Position numbers and translations under genes: made by a program | Assembly (NCBI GenBank): GCA_963575745.1 | Contig: CAUYUJ010000059.1 | Span: forward strand, 434,001 to 498,000 | Reading direction: 5' to 3' | Source: Prorocentrum cordatum | Lineage: Eukaryota | DNA: 64,000 nucleotides | Notes under the pieces: model-generated | Told to the model about the DNA's origin: nothing | Databases searched by the model: none | The model's input: the letters and a program-made list of their open reading frames with translations, nothing else | In this document: one piece after another, positions 49,696 through 62,600 of the stretch | Layout: each line of letters begins with the position of its first letter | Numbering within the stretch: position 1 is the stretch's first letter

Positions 49696-49882
49696 CTCTC
49701 GATCTCTCTTTATTTCTCTTGTTCCTCATATAAGGATATGTCAGTATATCTCTCTCTATATATATATATACATATAGACACGCATATGCATGTTTGTATG
49801 CTTATATAGTTCCCTCCCTCTGTATATCTCTATCCCTCCCTCTCTCTCTCTTTCTGTCCCTGCTCTCTCTCTCTCTCTCTCT
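49628..49882. repeat. (CT)n/(TA)n microsatellite
   Basis: Direct inspection. Confidence 0.85.
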
Positions 49883-51059
49883 GATTCCTGTGTCGATGTT
49901 CCTTCTTTCTCCAGAGGCCCACAAAGACAAAACAGAAAGAGGAGAACGAGGAGGGGGAAAGGATGACGAGAGAAGTGAGGGCAACCAGGAGGAGTTGCAG
50001 CATCATTATGAGGCACTCGGGGAAGGGGCCCATTGGTATAAAAGAGGCATCCAACACTCGGCGTCTGGGACCATCGGCCAGAGTCAGGAGCATGTGGGGC
50101 CTGTTGGTCCGTGTTGGGGTCTGTTGTTCCATATTGGGGTCATCGTGGTCGCGTTGGGTGCCTTTTTGTGGGGCCGAGTCGAGGACCTCTGTGGTCGATT
50201 AGGCCCAATGTGAGCAGCCTTGGGACTCTCCATGAGCTTCTTGGCCGGCCATAGCATAGGCCCCTGGAGAAAGAAGCTAGGAATACTACATCCGTTTGGC
50301 GTATGTTAAGTGTGGTCGCTTCCCCCACAGGTTTGCGCAACATCGAAGAGGAATGAGGAAGGCGCGGGAGGAACATTAAGAAGCAAGAGGAGGAAGAGGC
50401 GAGAAGAGGAAACGAGAGGGATGCGGATCACACGAACACCCAGAAGAAGGGTTGCTAAGTAAGAACAAAAGGGATGGAGAGCTACGCAGTGATGAAATAG
50501 AGAAACGATGGAGAGATGAAGGGAAATATAAAGGACCGTAGGAGAAAATGGGGGCGAGAGGACAAAAATGACGGACGGTGAGAGATGAGAATAAAGAGGA
50601 ATAGGTTGAGGAGAAGCAGGAAGAGGAAATCGACAACGATATTGTGGAGGAGATGGCTGAGGAGAGGAGATGGAGGAAGGGGAGGGGGAGGAGGAGGGGG
50701 CGGGGGAGGGGGAGGGGGAGGAGGGGGGGGAGGAGGGGGAGGAGAAGGAGGGGGTGGAGGAGGAGCTAGCTTGCCGAGGGAGGATGATTAGGAGGAGGAG
50801 AAGGAGAAAGAGGAGGAGGAGGAGGAGAAGGAGGAAGGAGGGAGGAGGGAGGAGGGGAGGAGAAGGAGGGAGGAGGAAGAGGAGGAGGAGGAGGAAAGGA
50901 GGAGGAAATGCAGGGGGGAAAGGATGAGGATGAGGAAAAAGTGCACCAGCGCACATAATACCACAACCCCCCTTCACATCATTCGAATACGAGCATACGC
51001 ATACGCACATACATACAACATATGCTAGCCATCGCAAAAGCAACTCAGCAAGTCCTTGT

Positions 51060-51300
51060 ACCAAGCTATGTGGTGCACCCATATGGTGCAAGCTATGTGG
51101 TGCAATCAATATAATGCAGTTCGCGTGGTGCAAATTCTGTAGTGCAAGCTATGCGCTGCAAGGTGTATGGCGTGATGTATGTGGTGAAAGCTATGTGGCG
51201 TAAGCTATGGTGTGCAGTATACGCTGAGCGACATACGTGGAGCAAGCTATACGATGCAAGCCATGCGGTGTAAGCTACGCAGTGCAAGCTACATGGTGCA
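51060..51300. repeat. Degenerate 14-mer minisatellite (GCAAGCTATGTGGT)n
   Basis: Repeated AAGCTATG..GGTGC units. Confidence 0.75.
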
Positions 51301-51478
51301 CGATCTTGGGGCACCCACGGGCGACGAGGCGCCCACGGGCGCACACCGACCAGGCACCAGCCGAACCCCCGGCGTACCCATAAAATGTTCTTGGAGCCGA
51401 AGCAAAAAAAAAAAAAGAGCCCGTGAGCGCCAGCGCTGTTTGGGGACCCTGTCTTTGCCCAGCGCCTGGGCCCCCGAG

Positions 51479-51571
51479 GAGCACCGCCGGCTCGAGGCCG
51501 AGAAGGCGGAGGAGCTGCGGCGCCTGGACGAGGAGCGCGAGCGGGCCGAGGCCGAGTACGCCGCCGAGCAG
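51479..51571 (+). CDS. Probable distal micro-exon (charged coiled coil) of the same gene
   Basis: CCGAG|GAG acceptor, CAG|GA donor, 31 codons EHRRLEAEKAEELRRLDEERERAEAEYAAEQ with all-GC third positions; phase 0 like the other exons. Confidence 0.55.
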
Positions 51572-52149
51572 GATGGGCGGCGCGCGGAGAGGGGGGGTCC
51601 CTCCTCCCGCCCTGCCCTCCCGTTGTGACTTCCTTCCTGCCCTCCCGTCCTGTTCGCCCCCCCGTCCTTCCCATCCTCGCACTCCTCCCTTTCTCCTCCT
51701 CCCTCCTCATCCTCCCCCCGCTTACAATTGATCGTGTTTCTCGAGTCCTCCTCCTCCTCCTCCTCCTCCTCCTCCTCCTCCTCCTCCTCCTCCTCCTCCT
51801 CCTCCTCCTCCGAGCCCATGTTTTGCGAAAGTTATTGCTGCGCTCTCCTGTTGCTGCCTCTGCCAACTTCCTTTGGCGTCATGTTCAAGCTTTGCAGGCG
51901 GCCGAATGTCCAGCGTCGCCTCCCTTCTTGTCTGGGGCCGCAAGTCATTGCTGGCGGGCGTGGGGCCCACGATTGTTCGGAACCGCCGAGTACCTCAGCC
52001 CTGTGGCCGACCAGGCGACCACTTGCTACCTTGTCAACGAAACCTTCGGTGGCGTCGAGACTGCCTTCGTGCTGTGTTCGGCCGCTGTCGGCTATCGTCG
52101 GCGGTGTTTGTTCGTGCTGCTGGTGCGCGTGCTTCATGGGACGGCAGCA

Positions 52150-54110
52150 TGATGTGGACGGAGGGTTTACGTCCAGTGGTGACGCGGCGAGTCATGGCAG
52201 GCTCGCGTGCTGCCGGCCCTGCGCAGCCCAAACCAGTGCGAGAGCGACATTGGGACACGTCCGACGGCGAAGCAGGCGCTGGCGAGCCAGGTCTGGCACG
52301 CATTGACGCCCGGTGTCGACGTGTACCCCCACTTGCTGTTCCCTGCCGTTGAGCGGGTTCGTGCTGATCGACAATTCGGGGTTGCCCGTTCGAAAGTCGA
52401 GGAATGGGACATAGTGGACGGTTCGGAGTGCGGCGGGCGGCGACCAGTGGGCGCCGACAGCGCTCGCCGAGGCGCTGAGCTTCGTGGGCGGCCTGGCCGA
52501 CAGCCTGGGCAGCATGACGACGGCAGCAGCGCCAGCGCTAGCCTGCCGCTTTCGCGGCAAGCAATCCTCTTCCAACGTCGGCCCCTTTGGCGCCTGCAAC
52601 AGCAGCAGCAGCAGCAGTGAGTTCGGGAAGGGCGCGCTGCCGTCGGTGGTTCCGCTCGACTGGTTCGTCGTCAAGGCCACGGACACCACGCCCGTCAAGC
52701 AGCCTCTAGTTTCTCACACGGTGGACGTATACTCGGTCCTCGGCGGCTTCGCGTTGGCCAGGGTCGGCCCTTCGCTTCTCATCCTCCATGCGGTCGACCC
52801 TGCTAGCCCAGTCGAGGACGGAAAGTTGGATACCCGCGTGTTGTCAGCGGTGACAGTGCTCGACGGGATTCGACATCGCAGCTTTCGTGAGTCAGTTCGC
52901 ACGCTCTCGATATCATCCTGATTTGGCTGGCCAATCCGTGGCCCTCAGAACACGGCCTGGCGCTTCAAGTTACTTGCCCTGCAGGACCAGCGCCCCCGGG
53001 CCAGGCACGCGGAGTGGGTTCACAAGTGCGGGCCGCAGCCGCACGATGAAGGAGTGCACGATCGTGACCTAGTGATGCGAGTCTGGGAAGCCGCCCCGCG
53101 CTACGACCAGCTTGCCGTCGGCGGGTCAGCCTGCATGGAGCTGCTATCCAGGAGGGTGCAGATGGTTGACTGTCGTCACAGGGATCGCATCCTAGGGCGC
53201 CAGTCTGCTGACGACGCGATGGAGGACCCTTCCCTGTACATGGGGGGGGGCGAGGCGCGCCAGCCGCAGACGGCATCGCCCGAATTGCGAGCACATCAAC
53301 GGCGGGTTCCACCGGAAGGCGCAGGCGTTCACGGGGAAGAAGTAGGTGAATGAGGAGAGGCTGCTGGCGCGATCGGGCTCTGGCTCGGGCGGCGCAGGTG
53401 GCGACGGCAAGGCTGGGCTGCAGGAGAAGGCGCAGCAGCAGGCCGAGGAGCTGCGCAAGCCCCGGGCGAAGATCTCATACAAGGGCGACGCGAGGGCGAC
53501 AGGGCCCGCGGCCGCGGGTCGGGGCCATGATGACTGCATCCCGGACGGCTCCGCGGGACCTGCTGCTCTCGCAGCCACTCGCCGCAGCGGCCGACAGCCT
53601 GGTCTCCGCGGACCCGAGCCGCAGCGCTCGCGCGGCTCCAGAAGCGGGTCACTTTTTGTCTCTTGGGCAGGCTCAGGGGCTCTCGCGCGTTCGTCGAGTC
53701 GCGCGCGACGCTGGACCTCCCACCCGTTCTCCCGCGACAGCCCACCAGGACCTGCGCGGCACCGCTCCGGGGCGCGACCACGTCGACGCTGGGCCCCAGG
53801 CCAAGTACCAGAGGGAGCTCGCCCCCTCGCCCTCGCCCTGCCCAAGGCGCGAAATTTCGGCGCCCCTGGCGGGCGAGGAGCTGGATCAATGGGCACGCCG
53901 GCGCGCGCGGCTTCTGAGGAGGACAAGCGCCCCGAGCAGCGCCATCGAGCCGCGCGTCGACCAGAGTCTTCGAGGTAGACACATCTACGCCCAGTTCACC
54001 CTGGACCTCATCGACGCGGGGATCGTCGCGCCGGGCGCGCCCGCATAAGCCATTCTCGGAGCTTCCTTCGTCTGGAAGGCGCCGATGCAAAATTTCGCCG
54101 CGCGGCGCGC
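52150..54110 (+). mobile_element. Probable decayed DIRS/tyrosine-recombinase retroelement fragment (gag-like ORF and start of RT)
   Basis: DTRVL...RHRSFRESV, WPIRGPQNTAW (52928), YDQLAVGGSACMELLSRRVQM, then EPRVDQSL...YAQFTLDLIDAGIV and FVWK. Recognised from memory of recurrent dinoflagellate repeat ORFs; no recombinase seen. Confidence 0.45.
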
Positions 54111-55975
54111 GGCGACCTGGAGGGGCCGGCCCAGCCCCCGGCTGGGCGAGCAACCTCCCCGCCGCGCGCTGGCCCGGCACAGTTGGCTCAGCCCGCTGCT
54201 GCACCAACTGCCCCGGCAGCGAAAAAAAACTTAAATGGGGACTTGGCGCGCGGGCGCCATCCACGCTCGCCCGCGGCCTCCTTGAGCCGCGCGGCGACGG
54301 ACAATGCCCCCCCCCCCCCAAGTATCAGGACAGCTCCAGTTAATATTTCGCAAACACGTTTGCTCGCACATCAACCCCCGCTGCCCTTACATTCCCCGCC
54401 CCAGCCCCAACCCGAAGGCGCCTGCGCGCACCCCTTCCCGCCGCCGGCTACCCCCCGCTACCTCGACACAGCGCGCGGCCGAAGTGATTTTCCTAAGTGC
54501 TGGGAACAAACGGCGCGCCGGCCCATCCTCTATCGCTTCGGCCCCAGCGGGGCCACCCAGCCTTGCGCCGGGGAGATCTCTGGGGCACGCCCCGTGGAGG
54601 GCTTCCCGGAACGCGCCTCTGGCGCCGCGCGCCAGGGCCCAGCGGGGCCTCCGGGTGGGACTTGGAAGCGAGGTCTACTCCGCGCCCCCCCCCACACACA
54701 CACACACCACCACCCTTCCCTGCGCGCCGGCATTTTTCTCCGAAGCTGTCGCCGACGCAAAACTTCGCCGCGCGACGTGCGACGACTCGGAGGAGCTAGT
54801 CCTCAGGAGGAGAAAAAAAGCAGTGAGACGCTTGAACATAAGTTGTTTTGCGCCCTCCTCGTAAAGGCCGCGCATTCGCTCGCAGGGCGATGTAGGTCTC
54901 GCAGTCTCGGGGGTGAATAATTTCCAAATAGCGGGCGTCGTGGGCGGCGCGAGGAAGGTCGAAGCGCGCCCTCTACTGGGCGCGGCACAGTGCGAGTGGA
55001 TAATAGCGCGTTATCTGGAGAGCTCTCTGCGAGACAAACGCCAGCACTAAACAAATCACGACGCAGGATGTCGAGGTAGGAGGAAGCGCAGACACGCGCG
55101 GGGATCAGGACGCGGTCGATCGCACGTCTGCCCCCCGGCCATTGGAGAACTGAACTTCGGGAAGAGGTCAAGTCCATCCTCCTCCTGCCCCTCCCCCCCC
55201 TGTTGCCCCCCCTTCGCCCCAACGAGGCCGATCGGCCCAGTGAGCCCCGCGACGCTGGCGGCGCCCCATGAGCGCCGCGAGGCCGACGAGCCCTGCGAGC
55301 AAGCCAGGCCGCGTTCTGCATGAGCCTAGCCCCAGGCTGCCTGAAGCCCGCGCGAGAGGCCGGCAGGCCCTGTCTATCCCACGGGGTCGATCGCACGCAG
55401 GAACTCCGTGACCCCCAGGAGCCCGATGGCCTGCATGGGCCCTGTGACCCCATGATCCTTATGACGCTGAACCCTGCGAGCCCTGCAGCCCCTATTGCGC
55501 GTCTCAGCCCTGACGGGCGCAATGCGGCCGATGGGCCTTGCGAGCCTCACGGGGCCGATGGCCCCTATGAGCCCAGTAGGCCGACGGGCCCTATGAGCCC
55601 GATGCGGCCGATAAGCCCGATGAGCCCGATGGGCCTTCTGAGCCCTATGAAGCCTGGCCCCATCACGAGGCCCACGCGGCACGGGCAACACACCCTGGGA
55701 GGCCGATGGGCCATCAGAATCCTATGAGGCCTCTTTGTTGAGTGAACCATATAGAGCCGACTGGCCCCGCGGGCCCTATGAGGCCCTGCTCCTCACGACA
55801 CTCGCGCCGCACTCGCACGTACCCATGTGGGCCGAATGAGCCCAGCGAGGCCGATCGGCCGAGTGAGTCCTATGAAGCCCGCGAAAACGACGGGCCTCTG
55901 GGGCCCCATGATCCCCATGCGCCCCGCGAGCCTAATCGGTAGGCATTATAATCGTTACCGCCCCTGTTCGTCGCA

Positions 55976-58900
55976 GGAACCCCATGAGCCTTGCTCGCCC
56001 TGACGGGCCCCGCGGGCCCCATGAGCCCCACGCGCGCATGAGCAGCGGGCCCCCTCTACATCATCAGGCGGCGCGGACACCAGATCGGTTGATCAAGGGG
56101 GCTGGATGGGGAGAGACCAGAAGAAGGCGTGGGGGGAGGGGGGACAATGGCGACGAAGTGTCGGTGGGAAGAAGGAATGAAAGAAACCAATCCAATGTGC
56201 AAGGGCGAGTAAGACGGGGAACGCCGCGGGCGAGCGACGGAAGCACGCACCAACAACGCACTGCAATCGGCGCTCGCCGCGCCAAGGCGGGAACGCACGC
56301 TTCATGTTTCAAAAATGCACGGCGGCGAGGAGATATCGACATTTCGCCGCGACGCGCGCCGCGCCCGATTCCCGCCGCGCATTGCGCAACGTCGACGATA
56401 GAACGTCCACACATGTTACATGGAGAAATATTATACATTGCATGAAGAGGCGGGAGGGGGGGGGGAGGTGGAGGGGGGGGGGGGCAGGCGGCGGGCGGAT
56501 AAGGATATACATGGAGTCTGCAGGAAGAGAAGGAGGAGGAAACTCACGCAGCCCAGGCCGCTAGAAACATAAATCCTCGCAAGGCCAACGCTGGCAACTG
56601 GGGCCCATTCGCAGGGTTCATCGGCCTCACAAGGCTGAAAGAGCTCATCGGCATCATAAGGCCCACTGGGGCAACACCCAGGTGAGCGAGCATTCGGCGC
56701 CGGCTCCCCTGAGGGCACCGCCGCATGGACCTCATTGAGCTGAAGGGGCCCGTCGGCCCCGCAGGGCGGACGGGCCCATCAGCCTCATGGGTTTCATAGG
56801 GCCCGTCGAACTCATGGGTTTCATAGGGCCCATCGACCTCACGAGCCCATCTCGGTGCTCTCCCCTACGGCCTCTGGAGAATGTGCAAGATGGCATCGCG
56901 CACTCTGGGGCCTTGCGCTTTGATCAAGGCACTCGGAATCCTCCCGCCCGACCATAAACTTCTCCCCGAACATCACCCTTTTCCCGAACATATTTTTCCG
57001 GGTGTGGGGGGGGGGGGCGGGGGCTCGTCGACGGGGGGGCCCAAGAACTGCATGGCATAGCGCTTTCGCTTGAGACTTCCCCAATCATAAACTGTTTTTC
57101 CCTTGGGTGTTTGGGGCCCCCCTCACCTCCAAAAAAAAGTTGACGTTCAGAAGGGGGGGGGGGGGGGGCTCGGCCAGGCCCGCCAGCCTCTGCGCGAGGC
57201 CGCCCAGGTCGCGGCTGATTTCCATCGAACTCCATTCCCACGGCATGGAGTCTAGCGCCGATGGCCAAGGGCATAAGGATCTGGACGAGCCCGCGGACGA
57301 GCCTCTGGGGGGGCCCTCTCGGAAAGCCTTTGGAAGAACGTCTGGAGGAGCCTCTGAGGAACCCTCTGGAGGACCCCCTGGAGGGGCCTTTATTGTCCCC
57401 TGGAGGGGCCTCTGGCGGAACCTCTGGGAAGCTTTGCGAAAGCTTCTGGCGAGCCTCTCGGAGAGCCCCCGAAAGGAACAACTGGGCGGCCTCTGGAGGA
57501 GCTTGGAGCCGAGCCTCTGGACGAGACTCTGTGGGGGCCTCTGGAGGGGCCTGCGGAGGCCACCGCGGGCAATGTTTGCGACGGGGGGGGGCGACCGCAG
57601 GCGCGCGTTGCTGCTGGACTTTCTGGAGGGGCCCCAGGACGAGTCCCTGGAGGAGCCCTTGAAAGGCATCTGGAGAAGCCTCTGGAGAAGTCCCCGAGGA
57701 GCTCCTGGGGTTTCTGGAGAAGCCCCTGGACGAGCCTCTGGCGGAGCCTCCAGAGGAGCTTATGAAAATCCTGCGAAGGAGCCGTGCAAGGAGCTTTTCA
57801 AGGCGCCGCTGAATGAGCCCCCTGGTGAGCCTCAGAGAAAGACCCTGGAGGAGCCGCTGGTGGAACCTCCGGGTGGGCCTCTGGAGGAGCCTCTGGACAT
57901 ATTCTGGAGAGCTTCTGGAGAGCCTCTGGAAGAATTCATAAACCTACACCGAAAAAGAAGAGTCAAACAAATGAGGGGAGCCACGGGGGCAGCTTCTAGG
58001 AATCTGCGAACAAGACTCTGGACGAACCGCTGTGGGAGCCCTTGGAGGACCCCACGGAGGACACGGTGGCCATTGCCTGCGATGGGGGGAACCCCATGAA
58101 CCGCGCTCGCCCTGACGGGCCCCGCGGGCCCCATGAGCCCCACGCGCGCATGAGCAGCGGGCCCCCTCTACATCATCAGGCTGCGCGGACACCAGATCGG
58201 TTGATCAAGGGGGCTGGATGGGGAGAGACCAGAAGAAGGCGTGGGGGAGGGGGGACAATGGCGACGAAGTGTCGGTGGGAAGAAGGAATGAAAGAAACCA
58301 ATCCAATGTGCAAGGGCGAGTAAGACGGGGAACGCCGCGGGCGAGCGACGGAAGCACGCACCAACAACGCACTGCAATCGGCGCTCGCCGCGCCAAGGCG
58401 GGAACGCACACTTCATGTTTCAAAAATGCACGGCGGCGAGGAGATATCGACATTTCGCCGCGACGCGCGCCGCGCCCGACTCCCGCCGCGCATTGCGCAA
58501 CGTCGACGATAGAACGTCCACACATGTTACATGGAGAAATATTATACATTGCATGAAGAGGCGGGAGGGGGGGGGGAGGTGGAGGGGGGGGGGGGGGGGG
58601 GGGCAGGCGGCGGGCGGATAAGGATATACATGGAGTCTGCAGGAAGAGAAGGAGGAGGAAACTCACGCAGCCCAGGCCGCTAGAAACATAAATCCTCGCA
58701 GGGCCAACGCTGGCAACTGGGGCCCATTCGCAGGGTTCATCGGCCTCACAAGGCTGAAAGAGCTCATCGGCATCATAAGGCCCACTGGGGCAACACCCAG
58801 GTGAGCGAGCATTCGGCGCCGGCTCCCCTGAGGGCACCGCCGCATGGACCTCATTGAGCTGAAGGGGCCCGTCGGCCCCGCAGGGCGGACGGGCCCATCA

Positions 58901-60208
58901 GCCTCATGGGTTTCATAGGGCCCGTCGACCTCATGGGTTTCATAGGGCCCATCGACCTCACGAGCCCATCTCGGTGCTCTCCCCTACGGCCTCTGGAGAA
59001 TGTGCAAGATGGCATCGCGCACTCTGGGGCCTTGCGCTTTGATCAAGGCACTCGGAATCCTCCCGCCCGACCATAAACTTCTCCCCGAACATCACCCTTT
59101 TCCCGAACATATTTTTCCGGGTGTGGGGGGGGGGGGCGGGGGCTCGTCGACGGGGGGGCCCAAGAACTGCATGGCATAGCGCTTTCGCTTGAGACTTCCC
59201 CAATCATAAACTGTTTTTCCCTTGGGTGTTTGGGGCCCCCCTCACCTCCAAAAAAAAGTTGACGTTCAGAAGGGGGGGGGGGGGGGGCTCGGCCAGGCCC
59301 GCCAGCCTCTGCGCGAGGCCGCCCAGGTCGCGGCTGATTTCCATCGAACTCCATTCCCACGGCATGGAGTCTAGCGCCGATGGCCAAGGGCATAAGGATC
59401 TGGACGAGCCCGCGGACGAGCCTCTGGGGGGGCCCTCTCGGAAAGCCTTTGGAAGAACGTCTGGAGGAGGCTCTGAGGAACCCCCTGGAGGACCCCCTGG
59501 AGGGGCCTTTATTGTCCCCTGGAGGGGCCTCTGGCGGAACCTCTGGGAAGCTTTGCGAAAGCTTCTGGCGAGCCTCTCGGAGAGCCCCCGAAAGGAACAA
59601 CTGGGCGGCCTCTGGAGGAGCTTGGAGCCGAGCCTCTGGACGAGACTCTGTGGGGGCCTCTGGAGGGGCCTGCGGAGGCCACCGCGGGCAATGTTTGCGA
59701 TGGGGGGGGGCGACCGCAGGCGCGCGCTGCTGCTGGACTTTCTGGAGGGGCCCCAGGACGAGTCCCTGGAGGAGCCCTTGAAAGGCATCTGGAGAAGCCT
59801 CTGGAGAAGTCCCCGAGGAGCTCCTGGAGGGTTTCTGGAGAAGCCCCTGGACGAGCCTCTGGCGGAGCCTACAGAGGAGCTTATGGAAATCCTGCGAAGG
59901 AGCCTTGCAAGGAGCTTTTCACGGCGCCGCTGAATGAGCCCCCTGGTGAGCCTCAGAGAAAGACCCTGGAGGAGCCGCTGGTGGAACCTCTGGGTGGGCC
60001 TCTGGAGGAGCCTCTGGACATACTCTGGAGAGCTTCTGGAGAGCCTCTGGAAGAATTCATAAACCTACACCGAAAAAGAAGAGTCAAACAAATGAGGGGA
60101 GCCACGGGGGCAGCTTCTAGGAATCTGCGAACAAGACTCTGGACGAACCGCTGTGGGAGCCCTTGGAGGACCCCACGGAGGACACGGTGGCCATTGCCTG
60201 CGATGGGG
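55976..60208. repeat. Near-identical tandem duplication, two units of about 2.12 kb (55976-58087, 58088-60208)
   Basis: Both units start GGAACCCCATGA and end CCATTGCCTGCGATGGGGG; ORF-track entries recur at offsets of 2112-2121. Confidence 0.93.
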
Positions 60209-61689
60209 GGCCGACAACAAGCGCGCGCCTTTGGAAGGGCACCTGGAGGAGCCTCTGGGGGGGCCCTCTGGAGCAGACCCTGGAGAGTCTCTGGAGGAGC
60301 TGCCAGGGTGCAATTGAAGAATGCATGGCGGAATCCTTGGACGAGTCTCTGGATGGGGCCTCCTGCGAAGTTGCTGGAAGAGCCTTTGAAGGAACCTCTG
60401 CAGCAGCCTCTGGATGAGCACCCATGGACAGCTTCTGGAAGAGCATCTGCTGAAGCATTCGGCAGAACCCCTGGAGGAGCCTCTGGGGCCTCTTGGAGGA
60501 GTCTCTGGACGATGTTCAAGAGAGATTTTGGAAAGCTTCCAGAGGACGCTTTGTTTCCCTGCCCCCCCCCCCCCCCCTAAGCGCGCCGCCGTCTCATTGC
60601 GGTAGGGGGCGCCCCGTCGGGGGGTCCCCTTAGGTCAACTCAACCGCCTTCTGCTCTGCCTCATACCGCGCCCCCCCCCCCCCCGCCCTCGCCCCCCCCC
60701 CCCCTCCCTCCTCCAAACCCCCATCCCCCTTTCCCGTTCCCCCTCCCCCCCCCCCCCGCCCCCCCCCCCCCCTTGCCCCTGACGCTGCGCCCTTCCTCCG
60801 CGGCGGCGGCGGCATTTATCCGAGGGGGGGGGGCAGCTGCGCTGACGATAGAAAGCACACGCGATGATCATTAGCATTGACACCACATGCAACGACAGCA
60901 GGAAGGTCACCGCCGAGCCGCACAGGACCACAACGCACAAGGGAATCGCGCACCGAGCCCATTGTAGATCGCGCAGGGCACAGGAGAAGTCCTGGGAAAC
61001 CACAGCACGCGACCGGGCACCGTGCACGAACAACTTCTGCGCGCCCTCACTAGATGCCAAGGGGCGCGTCCAGCGGGCGCAGCCTGGAGGCAACTCGCGG
61101 CCCCAACACGCCCGGAAAAGATCGGCACTATCTAGGCTGCGCGCGACGCAACAGCAAGTGCAACACAAGCAATGGACGACCCCAGACTACTGCCCCGCCC
61201 AAGGGTGCGGCGCGATGGCGGAAGGACCTTGATAAGCGCATGCGCGCCGTTTTTTCTTTCCTCAAGTTCAGCCCCTCACCGGACAAGCAACCTATGTGCC
61301 GCGCGCTGCCCCAGAGAAGCTGGCCCGGCCCGCCGCTGCACCAACTGTCCCGCATGCGCGGCCGCGCCTGTCAAATTATCAAACAAGGAAATTCGGGGCC
61401 GCCAGGTCCGCCGAGCCTTCCCGTTGAAGAACTCAGCTCCAAGGCCCCCCCCCCTCTGGGGACGCTGGCCCAGACCGCCGCCGAACCAGCAGCCCCGGCA
61501 AACTCGCACGGGGCCCGTTGTCACGCCCGAGCCTTCCGTTGAAGAGCGCGGCCCAAGGCCCCTTCTTTTGGGGAAGTCGGCCCAGCCCGCTGCTGCGGCA
61601 ACAACCCTGACGGGCGGCCCGCGCAGGACACTGCCCTTCCAGAGTGCGCAGGCCGATAGCGAGAGGCACCGCGCACTCCAATCGGGCGC

Positions 61690-62600
61690 GGGGCGCCGCC
61701 GTTCCCCCCTGTCATCCTGGAGAGACGCTATCTGCCATCTCTCGGAATGCTGGAGACCTCTCCGGCAGCGGTGGAAGCATTCGAAGTCGCGCACGCACGC
61801 GTTGGAAGTTGTTAACCGCTCTTATCAGTCGCGCCCATGTCGTCTGCATTCAGGAGGCGCACAGGCACCTCGGAGACTTGACTTCTTCTCGCAAGGAGTT
61901 TCCGAATCGCGAGTTTTCCCGGGCCCGCGCCCTGAGGATATCCTTGGGCGTTGGGCCCCAATTCGCAGCCAGGGGGAGATGGTCGGGTGTTTTACGGGTT
62001 CCATGGCGCCGCGCACACATCTTGGCAAGGCGCCGCGCGTCCTCGGATGGGTCGACTCCGGTACTATTCCGGGGGGGTACGCTGTGAGCATGCCGAATTT
62101 CGACGCAGGGATCGAATGCCATCGCCATTGTTTCTGTCGCCGGCAGCCAAGCAGAGGCGACGACGCCTTCACTCGCGAGTGTAACGCTGTCTTTGGGGAG
62201 AATCCAAAACTCCATCAATCTCAGGTTGCTGCCCGAGACTGTCAGGGCCCAGAAGCAATCTCGACTGCCCGTGTATGATCGCGAGCGCGCGGGCGGTGCC
62301 CCCGCGGCATCGACGGGCCCCACCGCTATAGAAGCTACCATCGGAGCGCCCCCAGAGCTCAAGAACCCCCATCGCGTTCCCGCGATGATCAACATTGCCC
62401 TCATGCCTCGTCTTCCTTATCGCCCTCCTCCGATCCCTTGCTGGGCAACCATGAGCGATGGGTTGCGTGGCGCCCTGTCGAACAGGATCGATTCGATCGA
62501 CGCTGATCCGCGATCGTTTGGCTCGAGCAATGGTGGTGACGCACGAGGCACATGCTGAGTCGCAGCGCCGCTGGGACGCCGCGGCTGGAGCGCGCGCGCG
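61690..62600 (+). mobile_element. Decayed LINE APE endonuclease fragment (LINE-E)
   Basis: AHVVCIQEAH (about 61833) resembles the APE DxxCLQETH motif; NRIDSI (about 62481) resembles SRIDR. Boundaries approximate. Confidence 0.5.

Noticed and set aside
57107..60580. EEPL/LWR-rich ORFs in the duplication
   Set aside because: Low-complexity GAGCCTCTGGAG repeat; frames differ between the two copies.
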